DNA of 30,658 nt. It comes from a virus. Taxonomy: Duplodnaviria > Caudoviricetes. Positions 7,558-17,081 of the stretch are shown here, piece by piece (the stretch's first letter is position 1; every line of letters begins with the position of its first letter). Where the stretch lies: positions 1 to 30,658 of IMG/VR virus record IMGVR_UViG_3300030372_004647, one strand, 5' to 3'. Made by a program: the position numbers and the translations under genes. The notes below the pieces were generated by a model. That model was not told the origin of the DNA and searched no databases. It saw only the letters and a list, made by a program, of their open reading frames with translations.

Positions 7558-7950
7558 TTATAGTTGTTGCATGAGGTGTTGCGCGGCTTTTTGTACGTAC
7601 TTAGGCGCGTATTCGATAGGCTCCCACCAATCGCAGTCTGTATCATCCCATTCGTTTAAAACCTCGCTGGTCTTTACGTTGATGTGTTGGTGCCTATAAA
7701 AGAATTTTGCCTCGATGCAATTGTAGTGCTCGATATTGGATTGGTGCCTAATTGACTCCAAGGAATGATCAATAGAATCAAGCTCTTCGCCTGCATTGTC
7801 GTCATAGTCTGAGAGCCGGATCTCCCAAACCTTCTTTTTGGTTATCTTGGTTTTTGTGGTTTCGGCACGCCGTGTACATTTGCACGGTGCAAACTGTATG
7901 CATTTTAAGCATAAGTAAGAAAAGCCTTTTTCGTCGGTGTAGATGCTCAT
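7558..7950 (-). CDS. Hypothetical cassette protein (130 aa) with N-terminal CxxC-x5-CxC
   Basis: AACCAAAAGGAACAAACAAAA-ATG(7950); MSIYTDEKGFSYLCLKCIQFAPCKC... Confidence 0.75.
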   Translation of the reverse strand: MSIYTDEKGFSYLCLKCIQFAPCKCTRRAETTKTKITKKKVWEIRLSDYDDNAGEELDSIDHSLESIRHQSNIEHYNCIEAKFFYRHQHINVKTSEVLNEWDDTDCDWWEPIEYAPKYVQKAAQHLMQQL

Positions 7951-8005
7951 TTTTGTTTGTTCCTTTTGGTTAGAGTTTACGAGAGCTTCCTTGTCTCTCA
8001 ATTTA

Positions 8006-8033
8006 AAGATAGCATGTTATTATCTTGGTGCAA
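8006..8033 (-). promoter_or_regulatory. Promoter with 15-bp operator in the spacer
   Basis: Minus strand TTGCAC-16 bp-TATCTT with TG; CATGTTA-T-TATCTTG at 8013-8027; shares CCAAGATAATAACATGC with 3263-3279. Confidence 0.7.
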
Positions 8034-8144
8034 ACAAAAAAGATAAAGTATTTTAAATTATTTTTGATTCTTATAATTCTTGCATCTGTTGTAATTCTTG
8101 CAATTCTTATAAAATACTTGTATATAGTATCTAGTGAGGTAGGC

Positions 8145-8909
8145 ATGGAATATCGCAGTTTAGACACCGAGATTGTCACGCGCGCGGCCGCAAAAGGCGA
8201 AAAAGAGATCGTTTCTTTTGTCGCGAGCACGTCAAGCCCCGATCGATATGGTGATATTATCAATCAAAACGGGTGGAATTTAGACAAATATCGCAAAAAT
8301 CCGATCATATTACTCAATCACAATGCATCACAATTGCCTATCGGGCGCGGTGAGGTTGATGTGATTGACGGCCAATTGATGGTCGATGTTGAGTTTGATA
8401 TGGGCGATCCCATTGCCGCAGAGGTCGCACGCAAGACCAAAGAGGGTTTTATGGGTGCCGTATCGGTCGGATTCAACGCCATCGAGAGTACGCCCCGATC
8501 CTCACTGGCTAAAGACAATCCGTATTACGCAAAAGGTGGTCAGTATTTTGACTCCGCCGAGCTTTTGGAGATCTCGATCGTGACCATCCCCGCAAACGGT
8601 GAGGCCGTAGCCGCAAAAAACTTTGCAAGTAACAATCGACTTTTTAGATTGTCCGAGCTCAAGCATGTTCTCGATGTCGAGTACGATGGCGACCATGTGA
8701 TCGTGACCTATCTACTCAAGAGAGAGGATGAAGAGCGGGATCAAGAAGACCAAGAAGAGATCGACGAAATTCAAGAAGAGATCGACGAAGAGATCGAGGT
8801 CGAAGATGAGGAGCTTGGATACGATCCCGAAGACGACGACGAAAAAGAAAAGAACTTTTTAACCAACCAAGAGCGCGACCTTTTTGCGCTCATTACTAAC
8901 GGAGAATGA
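8145..8909 (+). CDS. Prohead protease, HK97 family, with acidic C-terminal tail
   Basis: ASTSSPDRYGDII, NPIILLNH, AVSVGF, LLEISIVTIPAN; GAGGT RBS before ATG 8145. Confidence 0.92.
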   Translation: MEYRSLDTEIVTRAAAKGEKEIVSFVASTSSPDRYGDIINQNGWNLDKYRKNPIILLNHNASQLPIGRGEVDVIDGQLMVDVEFDMGDPIAAEVARKTKEGFMGAVSVGFNAIESTPRSSLAKDNPYYAKGGQYFDSAELLEISIVTIPANGEAVAAKNFASNNRLFRLSELKHVLDVEYDGDHVIVTYLLKREDEERDQEDQEEIDEIQEEIDEEIEVEDEELGYDPEDDDEKEKNFLTNQERDLFALITNGE

Positions 8910-10402
8910 TAGCGATGAGTGATAACGACCGCGCTATGGTAGAAGAGGCCAAAGGTATCCTTGAAGGCATCCGAAACCATCAAAAAACATCGACTGAACG
9001 ATTAAGTCAGTTCGAAAAACAAGTTGACGATTTGAAGAAAGCACAGCGCTTGATCCAAGAGTCACAAACCCATATCCGCGATCTTGAGCATGCAAACCAA
9101 GACGACCGCGAATTAAAATCCTTTGTTGAGGCTGACGGCGTGCGCTGGAAAAGCAAGAGCGTAGACGTTGCAGTAACCGGACGCGGCACCATCAAGACCA
9201 AGGTTGAGGGTCTTCTTGACTCGTCTGATCCGGTCAATCAATGGCACGCAGACCTGATCAAAATGAATCGGGACCGAGCGTTTGCACGTATGCTTATGAG
9301 TACACCACACACACCAAAGAGCGACCTCAAAGTATGGAAGCACCTGCAAAAAGCGCCTCGTTTTTTACGGCCAGCCATACAAAAAGCTTTTAATGACTCC
9401 GCAGGAGTCGGTGCGGAATGGATTCCGGACGCCTTTGCCGCAGATTTATATTATAATCTCGAAGATCAAATCCAACTTCCTCGCATCGTAGCCGATAATC
9501 TTCAGCGTCAATTCGTAGATCGAAACACGATCCTCGTTCCACGCATGTCCAGAGGCGGCCGACCCTACTTGAAAGGGTCTGTAACGTCGGATAACCCCGC
9601 TCAGTACACCGCTAGCACCATCGCGACCTCTCAAAAGTCCATTACAATGACCGGCATGGCCGCTCGTTATGTGATTGATGATCAAGCCGCAGAGGATTCC
9701 GCTGTTTTGGCTTTGCCTCAGTTGCAACGCCAGATCGTTATGGACCTCAATGATGCTATGGAAGATGCTCTAATTAACGGCGATTCCGCTGCCGTGCATC
9801 AGGATGATATCGCCCAATGGGATATTCGTGGAAGATGGGGAAGCACGCCAGCATTAGGCGGAACGGCCGATCATCGTCGCGGATTTACTGGCCTTCGTGC
9901 AGCATCATTTGATCGCGGTACAACCCTCAATCAGGGCGGGACAGCGTACGCTTTCTCTGACTTTTTGAGCGCAAAAGCAAAACTCGGAGAAATGGCGGTT
10001 ATGGATATGATGTGTATCGCATCACCGGAGGCGGTTGTTGCGGGTCTTCTTGGCCTGTCGCAGGTTCAAACCCTTGATGTCTTTGGCCCCTCGGCGGTTA
10101 TAAAAACCGGTCAGATCGCCAGCATCGCGGGCGTGCCGATTATTATGAGCCGATTTATGGGCGCTGACCTTGCAAATACTGGTCTGTATACCAATGTCGC
10201 CGGCACAAAGCCGACTGGTATGCTTTTTGTGCATACAAACTCATGGCGCATTTTTGAGCGTCGCGGGATCCTCGTCGAATCACAACGCAAGATCGATGTC
10301 GGTGCGACCGAGTTGGTTTGCACCCGTAGAGCCACACTTGACACGCTTGATTTGGATACGACACCAAATGTCTGTTTTCAATTCGGCATGGCATCAGTTT
10401 AA
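8906..10402 (+). CDS. Major capsid protein (HK97 fold, N-terminal coiled-coil delta domain)
   Basis: Follows the protease; 498 aa; GVGAEWIP, EDALINGD, IAGVPIIMS motifs. Start could be 8915. Confidence 0.88.
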   Translation: MIAMSDNDRAMVEEAKGILEGIRNHQKTSTERLSQFEKQVDDLKKAQRLIQESQTHIRDLEHANQDDRELKSFVEADGVRWKSKSVDVAVTGRGTIKTKVEGLLDSSDPVNQWHADLIKMNRDRAFARMLMSTPHTPKSDLKVWKHLQKAPRFLRPAIQKAFNDSAGVGAEWIPDAFAADLYYNLEDQIQLPRIVADNLQRQFVDRNTILVPRMSRGGRPYLKGSVTSDNPAQYTASTIATSQKSITMTGMAARYVIDDQAAEDSAVLALPQLQRQIVMDLNDAMEDALINGDSAAVHQDDIAQWDIRGRWGSTPALGGTADHRRGFTGLRAASFDRGTTLNQGGTAYAFSDFLSAKAKLGEMAVMDMMCIASPEAVVAGLLGLSQVQTLDVFGPSAVIKTGQIASIAGVPIIMSRFMGADLANTGLYTNVAGTKPTGMLFVHTNSWRIFERRGILVESQRKIDVGATELVCTRRATLDTLDLDTTPNVCFQFGMASV

Positions 10403-10416
10403 TAGGAGATTAAAAA

Positions 10417-10779
10417 ATGGAATATAGACTACATATACCGGCTGTGCATCTGAGCTCGCTAACTACGACGACGGTTTTGGCCTCAATACCCTGCGATCGA
10501 CTTGCTCGGCTCTCTAAGGTGATGATCTCAAGCCGCACCGGAATCACTCATAATGGTACAAATTACAGTCAGATAGCGGTTAAGAATGGGTCTGAGATCC
10601 TAGCCTCTCGCCTGTTTAATACTGTCTCTTTGGCGGCATTGACAAACGAGGAGCTAGCCGTTACCGGCGGTGACGTTACGTCTGAGACCTGTTTAAAAGT
10701 TGAGTATGACTTTTCGGCCTCTGGTCTCGCTGTAGATTGCGATCTCATCCTCATATTTGAGCTAGCGAGAAAGTTTTAA
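10417..10779 (+). CDS. Putative head decoration / structural protein
   Basis: AGGAGA RBS; beta-rich 120 aa directly after the MCP; synteny only. Confidence 0.55.
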   Translation: MEYRLHIPAVHLSSLTTTTVLASIPCDRLARLSKVMISSRTGITHNGTNYSQIAVKNGSEILASRLFNTVSLAALTNEELAVTGGDVTSETCLKVEYDFSASGLAVDCDLILIFELARKF

Positions 10780-10782
10780 TCT

Positions 10783-11391
10783 ATGGCTATGGTATCCGCA
10801 GCAACACTTAAGACATATTTGCCAGAGGTGACCGGTACAGGTGCCGATACCGATCTGGCGAATTTGCTTGAGCGTGTGGAGTGTGCGGTGGCGCGTTATT
10901 TCGGTTGGGTCAAACCAGACGGAGGCGCCGATCCGCAACTCCTCGCGGCTACCTATACTTTTTATCTCAACGGGCCAATGTTTGGTAATCCTGCGGTTTT
11001 GCAGGTACCACAAAGGCCAGTCAATTCGATCACATCAATACACAGTGATCCGAACAGACAATATACCGCAGATACGCAATTGAGCGCGGATGATTTCGAT
11101 CTTGACTCCCTTTTAGGTCAGGCAATACTCGATCCCGTCAATGCGACTGACTCGTTTGACTATGCTTTTCGAGCGATAAAAGTTGTTTGTAACTGCGGAT
11201 TCTCGGCGCTTCCGGCAGATCTTGAGCATGCGATCTGTGTATGGGCGTCACAACTGCATCGCAACAAAGCGACGCAGGGTAAGGACAGCATAACCCAGCG
11301 CGCCGCAACGGTGAGTATATCACCGAAAACGATGCCGCCAGAAATAAAAGAGTATCTTGCTCCCTTCCGCGAATCGCGTCAGTTATTGTGA
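10783..11391 (+). CDS. Head-tail connector (gp6-like adaptor)
   Basis: MVSAATLKTYL, RPVNSITSI, GFSALPADLEHA, EYLAPFR patterns. Confidence 0.8.
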   Translation: MAMVSAATLKTYLPEVTGTGADTDLANLLERVECAVARYFGWVKPDGGADPQLLAATYTFYLNGPMFGNPAVLQVPQRPVNSITSIHSDPNRQYTADTQLSADDFDLDSLLGQAILDPVNATDSFDYAFRAIKVVCNCGFSALPADLEHAICVWASQLHRNKATQGKDSITQRAATVSISPKTMPPEIKEYLAPFRESRQLL

Positions 11392-11398
11392 GGTTGAT

Positions 11399-11791
11399 AT
11401 GTCCTCACAGCTAACATTTGACGATTTTATCAACAAAATAAACAAAGCGGATGAAAACCTATTAAAAACGCTACGTCAAAAGCTCTTGACGATCGCACTC
11501 AAAGCCGAGCGCATTGCAAAAAGAAACGCAACGACCCATCCAAGGGTAAGGACGGGGCGTCTTCGTTCGTCGATTACGGCGATTGTAGATGCAAAAGACG
11601 GCAACCCGCGCGCCCTACTTCGTGCTGGTGGCAATAGTGGCGGCGAGCCGGTTATATATGCTCGATATGTTGAGTTTGGTACGCGCTACATGGCGCCGCG
11701 CCTCTTTATGGGTAGGGCGGTCGGTCTTGCGCAGAAAGGCACAAAGAAAGAGCTTCGAAACCTCCTTAAGCTCGCATTGCAGGCGAGATAA
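11399..11791 (+). CDS. HK97 gp10-like tail completion / neck protein
   Basis: RTGRLRSSI and YARYVEFGT..M.PR.FM motifs. Confidence 0.85.
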   Translation: MSSQLTFDDFINKINKADENLLKTLRQKLLTIALKAERIAKRNATTHPRVRTGRLRSSITAIVDAKDGNPRALLRAGGNSGGEPVIYARYVEFGTRYMAPRLFMGRAVGLAQKGTKKELRNLLKLALQAR

Positions 11792-12243
11792 TGGCGGATT
11801 CAAAAATCAGGCAAATCACAAACGCAATCAAGAGCAAGATCGCTGTAAACTATGCATCTGACTCAAGCGGGCTAGATTTGAGCAGCAAAGTTGTAATCGG
11901 TGCCATCATTGAGCCACCATATCTACCCTATGCAAGCGTTGTTTTTGTACAAAGCACCTCTGACTATGGTCAGACAATGGGACGCTATCGAATCACCGCA
12001 AACTTTGAGATATATGCATTTGTTGGCGGGGCTAGCGTATCGGATCGAACTCTTAACGCAATGGATTTGTCAAGCGATATGATCAAGACGCTCACCACCG
12101 ATCGTCAGCTGGGTATCTCTTCCATCGTCGATGACATAAAATGTGCATTTACGGCTGAAGATGGTGATCGATATGGTATAGAGGGTATTGGGATCGGTTA
12201 TATTCAAATAGAGGTATTTTATCAGACGGATACAGGCTCATGA
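11791..12243 (+). CDS. Putative tail terminator
   Basis: 150 aa, positioned between the gp10-like gene and the tail tube. Confidence 0.6.
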   Translation: MADSKIRQITNAIKSKIAVNYASDSSGLDLSSKVVIGAIIEPPYLPYASVVFVQSTSDYGQTMGRYRITANFEIYAFVGGASVSDRTLNAMDLSSDMIKTLTTDRQLGISSIVDDIKCAFTAEDGDRYGIEGIGIGYIQIEVFYQTDTGS

Positions 12244-13004
12244 CGTGGTATGACGCAAATTATAAACAGAGACAGCCCGTTGCAATCGATGCAACGGTTG
12301 GTGATGGATCTGTACAGACAAAAGATGTGACGCTAACAATCCCGAAAACATGGGATCTGTTCTGGGACAATATCCGATCTGATATGTTTGATGTTGTGCC
12401 CGTCGATGTTGATGGCAATTTGCTAAGCTTTGAGCGAGCATCCGGCGCAAACCTAGCAACGCGAACACTGGTTATTAACCTTGATGGTCACAGCGTAAAA
12501 ACGCAGACGATCAACTTTATTTATCTGTATTTTCAAAACCCTGACCAATCAAGCGATCCAAGTTCGACAGTAACGATCGCAAGTGCGATCGATGCATACA
12601 TAGATATATCGCAGGCGGGCGGATTTGTGGTGCGTCAACCGCTCAACCGGCCGGCAACACAGCAACCATTGCAGGCGATTGTAAAAAGCACCGATGATGT
12701 TTTGGACGTGTATTTTTCGACGGCTGGATTGTTTCGATCGATGACATCGCCGTATGCGCAGCGCGTTGATTACGAGGGCATTAGCTATGTTACCGTTCAG
12801 AGTCTCGATAGCACCGGCACCGATTCAAGCGCGCGGTATACTTTGGTCGATACCCGCTTTGTGGATGGGTTTGTAAAAGCCCGCACAAAAGCAGGGTCTG
12901 ACGGTACAGATTACGCATTTATGATAACTATTACAACAACTACCGATCAAGTAATCGATATTCGATGCTTGGTGCAGGTACGCAACCAATTACCGGCATC
13001 ATAG
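12240..13004 (+). CDS. Structural protein with DUF2341-like N-terminal domain
   Basis: WYDANYKQRQPVAI...SDMFDV.PVDVDGNLLSFE...IYLYFQNP pattern. Confidence 0.55.
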   Translation: MTWYDANYKQRQPVAIDATVGDGSVQTKDVTLTIPKTWDLFWDNIRSDMFDVVPVDVDGNLLSFERASGANLATRTLVINLDGHSVKTQTINFIYLYFQNPDQSSDPSSTVTIASAIDAYIDISQAGGFVVRQPLNRPATQQPLQAIVKSTDDVLDVYFSTAGLFRSMTSPYAQRVDYEGISYVTVQSLDSTGTDSSARYTLVDTRFVDGFVKARTKAGSDGTDYAFMITITTTTDQVIDIRCLVQVRNQLPAS

Positions 13005-13015
13005 GAGTTTAGAAA

Positions 13016-13957
13016 ATGGCTTTAGTTTTTGGACGATCGGCATATATTGCCCTCAACGAGGAGAGTACATATGGAACGGCAAACGGGTCGCCGTTTGGCG
13101 TTAATAATCGCGTCTTTTCGGTGTCTATGGCACGCAATCAGGAGAGAGAAAGAACAACACATTTATCGCAATCCTCGGCGGCTTTTGCGGTCAATACCTT
13201 TGACGGGTTTGAGATTGCAGGCGGCACAATTGAAACGCCGCTGACATATAAAGGTCTTGGTTTGCTTCTTAAGGCGTCTATCGGATCGGTAGCAACAACC
13301 GGATCGGGGCCGTATTTGCATACGTTTAATCCATCCGCATCGCTTCCAAGCTTGACAATTGCAGTACAGCGCGGCACCGGAAAAAGTGAGCAATTTGAAG
13401 GATGCAAAGTTTCGACGATGACGATCTCGTGTGAGGCCGGCGGAGAGGGTCGCGCAAGCTTTGAGATTATCGCAGAGACCGCAACCGCACGCGCGGCGGC
13501 CCTTGGTGCTGCTGGATTTGGTGACGGTGCGCAGATATTCCATTTTCAAGGATCTACGCTATCATACAATAGCAACACCTACAAAATGCGCTCCATGGAA
13601 TTGAGTCTTGATAACAAGCTAGAGAGAGTCAATTATCTCGGTTCGAAACTTACAACAGAGCCTCAGATCAGCGATGTTAGAGAGGTGACATTGACGGCTA
13701 CATTTGATCTTGAAGATGCAGACCTATACAATGCGCAGCTTGCGGGTACATCGTCAAATGTCGAGGCCACATTTACGAATGGGTCTGATAGTTTCGCGAT
13801 TACACTGAGAAATGCCGAGATAACTCAGTACAGCGACGACATAAACAGTTTCGGCAGAATCGAACGTACAGCCACATTCTTCGGTATCTCAAGCGGATCC
13901 GATGAGGCAATGCGTATCGAGATGACAAACGACAACGCTAGTGCAGTCAGTAACTAG
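13016..13957 (+). CDS. Major tail (tube) protein
   Basis: AGGAG RBS; EESTYGT, LPSLTIAV, FEGCKVSTMTI motifs; precedes chaperone and tape measure; no sheath gene. Confidence 0.82.
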   Translation: MALVFGRSAYIALNEESTYGTANGSPFGVNNRVFSVSMARNQERERTTHLSQSSAAFAVNTFDGFEIAGGTIETPLTYKGLGLLLKASIGSVATTGSGPYLHTFNPSASLPSLTIAVQRGTGKSEQFEGCKVSTMTISCEAGGEGRASFEIIAETATARAAALGAAGFGDGAQIFHFQGSTLSYNSNTYKMRSMELSLDNKLERVNYLGSKLTTEPQISDVREVTLTATFDLEDADLYNAQLAGTSSNVEATFTNGSDSFAITLRNAEITQYSDDINSFGRIERTATFFGISSGSDEAMRIEMTNDNASAVSN

Positions 13958-13988
13958 CAACTAACAACCAACATAGAGAGGTAATGCG

Positions 13989-14501
13989 ATGAGTGGAGAC
14001 ATTCTTAAGGAGATCGCAGATGCCGCCAAATTTGAGATGAAAATTTTTGACGGTGCATTGAGAATAGAGGGGCGTATTTTATCGCCCGCAGAGGTCGAGG
14101 CGGCGGGGCTTGCAAGTGCTTTGCTTGCCTCTCAGGTCATCAAAGGCAAGAGCCAAGAGCAACTTAAGGCGATGCAAGAGGCGGCCGAAAAAGCGCAAGA
14201 GGGCGAAGCGGAAAATATCGAGATGCTTTTGCAAATGGCAAATACAATCAATCCGCGAATGCTCGAAGAGATGAGCGTCAAGGAGGATCAGCTAATCATT
14301 AGGTGCGTTAAAAGATGCTCTAAAGACGGCGTAAAATGGGAGCCTCTGCACCTCGTCGATGCCGTTGAGCGTCAAGATCCAAGGCAAAATCGTCTTTGGG
14401 TTGGCATGCTCCTTGCTGAAGACCGAAAAGCTATCCTCGATCGTGCAATGAAGGGTCACAAGGAGGCGAGCGAGAGGCTCAAATCCTTTCGTGGCGGATG
14501 A
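13989..14501 (+). CDS. Tail assembly chaperone (gpG-like)
   Basis: Between tail tube and tape measure; ends ...KSFRGG. Confidence 0.7.
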   Translation: MSGDILKEIADAAKFEMKIFDGALRIEGRILSPAEVEAAGLASALLASQVIKGKSQEQLKAMQEAAEKAQEGEAENIEMLLQMANTINPRMLEEMSVKEDQLIIRCVKRCSKDGVKWEPLHLVDAVERQDPRQNRLWVGMLLAEDRKAILDRAMKGHKEASERLKSFRGG

Positions 14502-14712
14502 GAATCTAGTGCACTTGTATGACATCATAGGCCGGACGTATGGCAAATTACCAAGCGAGATCGCGCGGTTGTCTTGGTCGGATTTGATGATCTGCTTTAA
14601 GTGCATATCAGCCCGATCGGATCGTGTTAAGGATATACTTAGACGAGGCAAGCGAAAAAAAGATATGGTTTTTCCAAATATTTCTCTTCTTGATTTGGCG
14701 GATTTGGTATGA
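14491..14712 (+). CDS. Tail assembly chaperone extension (gpT-like), probably reached by +1 frameshift
   Basis: Overlaps the upstream ORF in the +1 frame at TCC TTT CGT; YGKLPSEI..LSWSDL is typical of gpT-like regions. Confidence 0.65.
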   Translation: MADENLVHLYDIIGRTYGKLPSEIARLSWSDLMICFKCISARSDRVKDILRRGKRKKDMVFPNISLLDLADLV

Positions 14713-17081
14713 GCACGACAGTCGAATATGACATATTGATCGAGGTTTTGGACGCAGTCAAGGATCTCAAAAAGCTGCAAACGCAGAGCAAAAAGACCAA
14801 GGGCGGTCTTGATGACACCAAAAAGAGCGGGCTTACAATGGCCAGCGAGATCGGCGCGGCTTTTACGGGTCTAAAAGGCGCCGCGTCTACGGTTACAAAT
14901 GCCGTTGCTAAGATTGCGGGCGTTTTTGTTGATGCTGCGCAGGCATCTTTTGAGCTATCAAGATCGGTGGTTGATAACATTAACGACCTCAACGATCTAT
15001 CAGCCCGATCGAGTATATCGGCACAAACGATCGAATCTTTAAAGCTTGCCTTTGAGTCTAGCGGACAGAGCGCAGATACTGCAAAGACGATTATATCGCA
15101 GTTTCCACGCGCATTGACGGCGATAAAAAAGGAAGGAAGTCAAGCAAATCAGGTTCTAAAGTCTCTCGGTGTTGATCCGGCAAAGCTTAAAAATGGTAAT
15201 GAGGCATTTTTAGAGAGTATACGGGCGCTTGAGGGTATCGAAGATCAGACGATGAAAGCGCAGGCGGCAAATGTTATTTTTGGTCGATCGGCGGGTGATT
15301 TATTGCAAGCGCTAGGTGCGGGTGAGTTTGACGAGTTCACCGCATCGATTGAGAGGTACGGCACCAAAGCAGGGCCGGAGGCAAGCGAACAGGCCGCAGA
15401 GTTTCAAAAAAGACTTGCCCTTATTGCTGTTATTGCCGATAGGGCCTCTCAGGCGTTTGTGCAAAATACCGGCATGCTCGACTTTTTTATTCGCGCTCTT
15501 GGATTCGCACAACAAGCACTCGCCGGACTGAATGCGTTTTTGCAGGCGGGTCAAAGCGGACTTAAGGCGCTCGCGGGCGACATTGTAGGTTTTGGCATAA
15601 AGACGTTTGAGATGCTTGCGAACAAAGTAACATCTTTTGTTGCTGGGCCGTGGTTAGGTATGCTTAAGGCGTTTGATGCGCTACAACAAAAAATCACCGG
15701 CAAAAGCCTATTCGGCGAGGCAATCAAAGAGATCGGCCTGTTCATCGCTGATCAGTACGAATTGACGGATGCGATACAGTTGGGGGCGGCCGCATTTGAT
15801 CGGGAGGGCGAAGCAATTGCGCTCGATCAGGCCGCAAAAGTCAAAAACAACGAGACAACAGAAGAGAGTAAGAAGCTACTCAAAGAACTTGCAAATGCAC
15901 TCGGCAAAACCACCAAGGCGACCGACAAGGACACCGATGCCAAGAAAGCCAACACCAAAGCGGAAAAGGCACGCGCAAAAGCGGAAAAAGAACGGCGCAA
16001 ACTAATAACAGACTCCTTGAAAAGGATGATACAGGCGCAAAAAAGCATCGCATCTATCCAGAGCGACGCAAACGCTGATCTTTTGTCAGATCTCGACAAG
16101 ATTAACCAGCTTGAAAAAGAGAGGCTCGCACAACTAAAGCGCATAACGGCGCAGCAAAAAATATCTACAGAAGAGGCGCAGAAGGCGGTCAAGGCGAGAG
16201 CGCAAAGAGAAAGAGGCGCACTTGCGCAGCAACAGGCGGCGGGCGGTATCGGTCAAATTGGGGGCGTTATATCGGCCGCATCTAGTCCGCAGGGACTTCT
16301 TGATTTTGCGGGTTCGCTTGCGGGGCCGGTTGGATCTGCGGTGGCGAGCGCTTTGGGTGGATTGGCTGCGCTTGGCGATACGTCCGGCATTGATGAGGAA
16401 CTTATTGCAAAGAAAATGGAGGAGACCGGAAAGAATCGAGATGCCGCCATTAAACAAATTCTTATTGATGACAAGGCGGCCGAGTTTCAGGTCTTCTTTA
16501 AGGCGATCGTGATGGGTTTGCAGGTTTTGCCCTCAATACTAATAAAAAGCCTACCTGCGATCCTCTTAGAGGCCGCCTATACCATAACCGCAGAGCTCGC
16601 ACGTCTTCCTTTTACTATGCTCGGAGTGATTATAGAGGCGGTCGGATTTGGTGTTATGGCGATCGGTGAGTTTTTATCAGATCTTACGCCCGCAAAGCTC
16701 GGTCAAGCGATTCTTGATGCGCTTAAGGGGCTTTTTGACTTCTTCTTTGGTCCGATAGTAGACGCCCTTTCTTCGATTTTTGGCGGTGATTCCAAGATGG
16801 GCGGCGGGCGGTTTTTGTCCGCACAAGGTGGCCTCAGGTTTACTGGAAGAGATCAGGGTCTCGCTATGCTGCACGCCGGCGAGATGGTTGTGCCGAGGTC
16901 TGGACAAATGTCCTCATCGGTTGCGCGTGATGTAGAGGCGCAGGCCGGCGGCGGTGGTGTTACGATAAACATCAATAGCGCCATAACAGAGCGATCGGCG
17001 GTGGATGCTCTGGTGCGCAAAATAGAACAGCGATTCGGTGATTTTGGTCAAAGCACATCGCCGCTCTTTGGGGGTATATGA
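14709..17081 (+). CDS. Tape measure protein
   Basis: 790 aa, Ala/Gly/Lys-rich helical; C-terminal AMLHAGEMVVP motif; position fits. Confidence 0.9.
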   Translation: MSTTVEYDILIEVLDAVKDLKKLQTQSKKTKGGLDDTKKSGLTMASEIGAAFTGLKGAASTVTNAVAKIAGVFVDAAQASFELSRSVVDNINDLNDLSARSSISAQTIESLKLAFESSGQSADTAKTIISQFPRALTAIKKEGSQANQVLKSLGVDPAKLKNGNEAFLESIRALEGIEDQTMKAQAANVIFGRSAGDLLQALGAGEFDEFTASIERYGTKAGPEASEQAAEFQKRLALIAVIADRASQAFVQNTGMLDFFIRALGFAQQALAGLNAFLQAGQSGLKALAGDIVGFGIKTFEMLANKVTSFVAGPWLGMLKAFDALQQKITGKSLFGEAIKEIGLFIADQYELTDAIQLGAAAFDREGEAIALDQAAKVKNNETTEESKKLLKELANALGKTTKATDKDTDAKKANTKAEKARAKAEKERRKLITDSLKRMIQAQKSIASIQSDANADLLSDLDKINQLEKERLAQLKRITAQQKISTEEAQKAVKARAQRERGALAQQQAAGGIGQIGGVISAASSPQGLLDFAGSLAGPVGSAVASALGGLAALGDTSGIDEELIAKKMEETGKNRDAAIKQILIDDKAAEFQVFFKAIVMGLQVLPSILIKSLPAILLEAAYTITAELARLPFTMLGVIIEAVGFGVMAIGEFLSDLTPAKLGQAILDALKGLFDFFFGPIVDALSSIFGGDSKMGGGRFLSAQGGLRFTGRDQGLAMLHAGEMVVPRSGQMSSSVARDVEAQAGGGGVTININSAITERSAVDALVRKIEQRFGDFGQSTSPLFGGI

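Noticed and set aside
7828-7863. Second fossil leader inside ORF 7558..7950 (minus strand ACCACAAAAACCAAGATAACCAAAAAGAAGG)
   Set aside because: Too degenerate, with no start codon at the expected distance; can be explained by Thr/Lys codons.
8025-8144. Hydrophobic N-terminal signal on the prohead protease (ORF-track start 8025)
   Set aside because: This is translation of an AT-rich divergent promoter region; the RBS supports ATG 8145.
8729-8850. GAAGAGATCGA-type repeats
   Set aside because: Low-complexity acidic tail of the protease (EEIDE); ordinary coding repeat.
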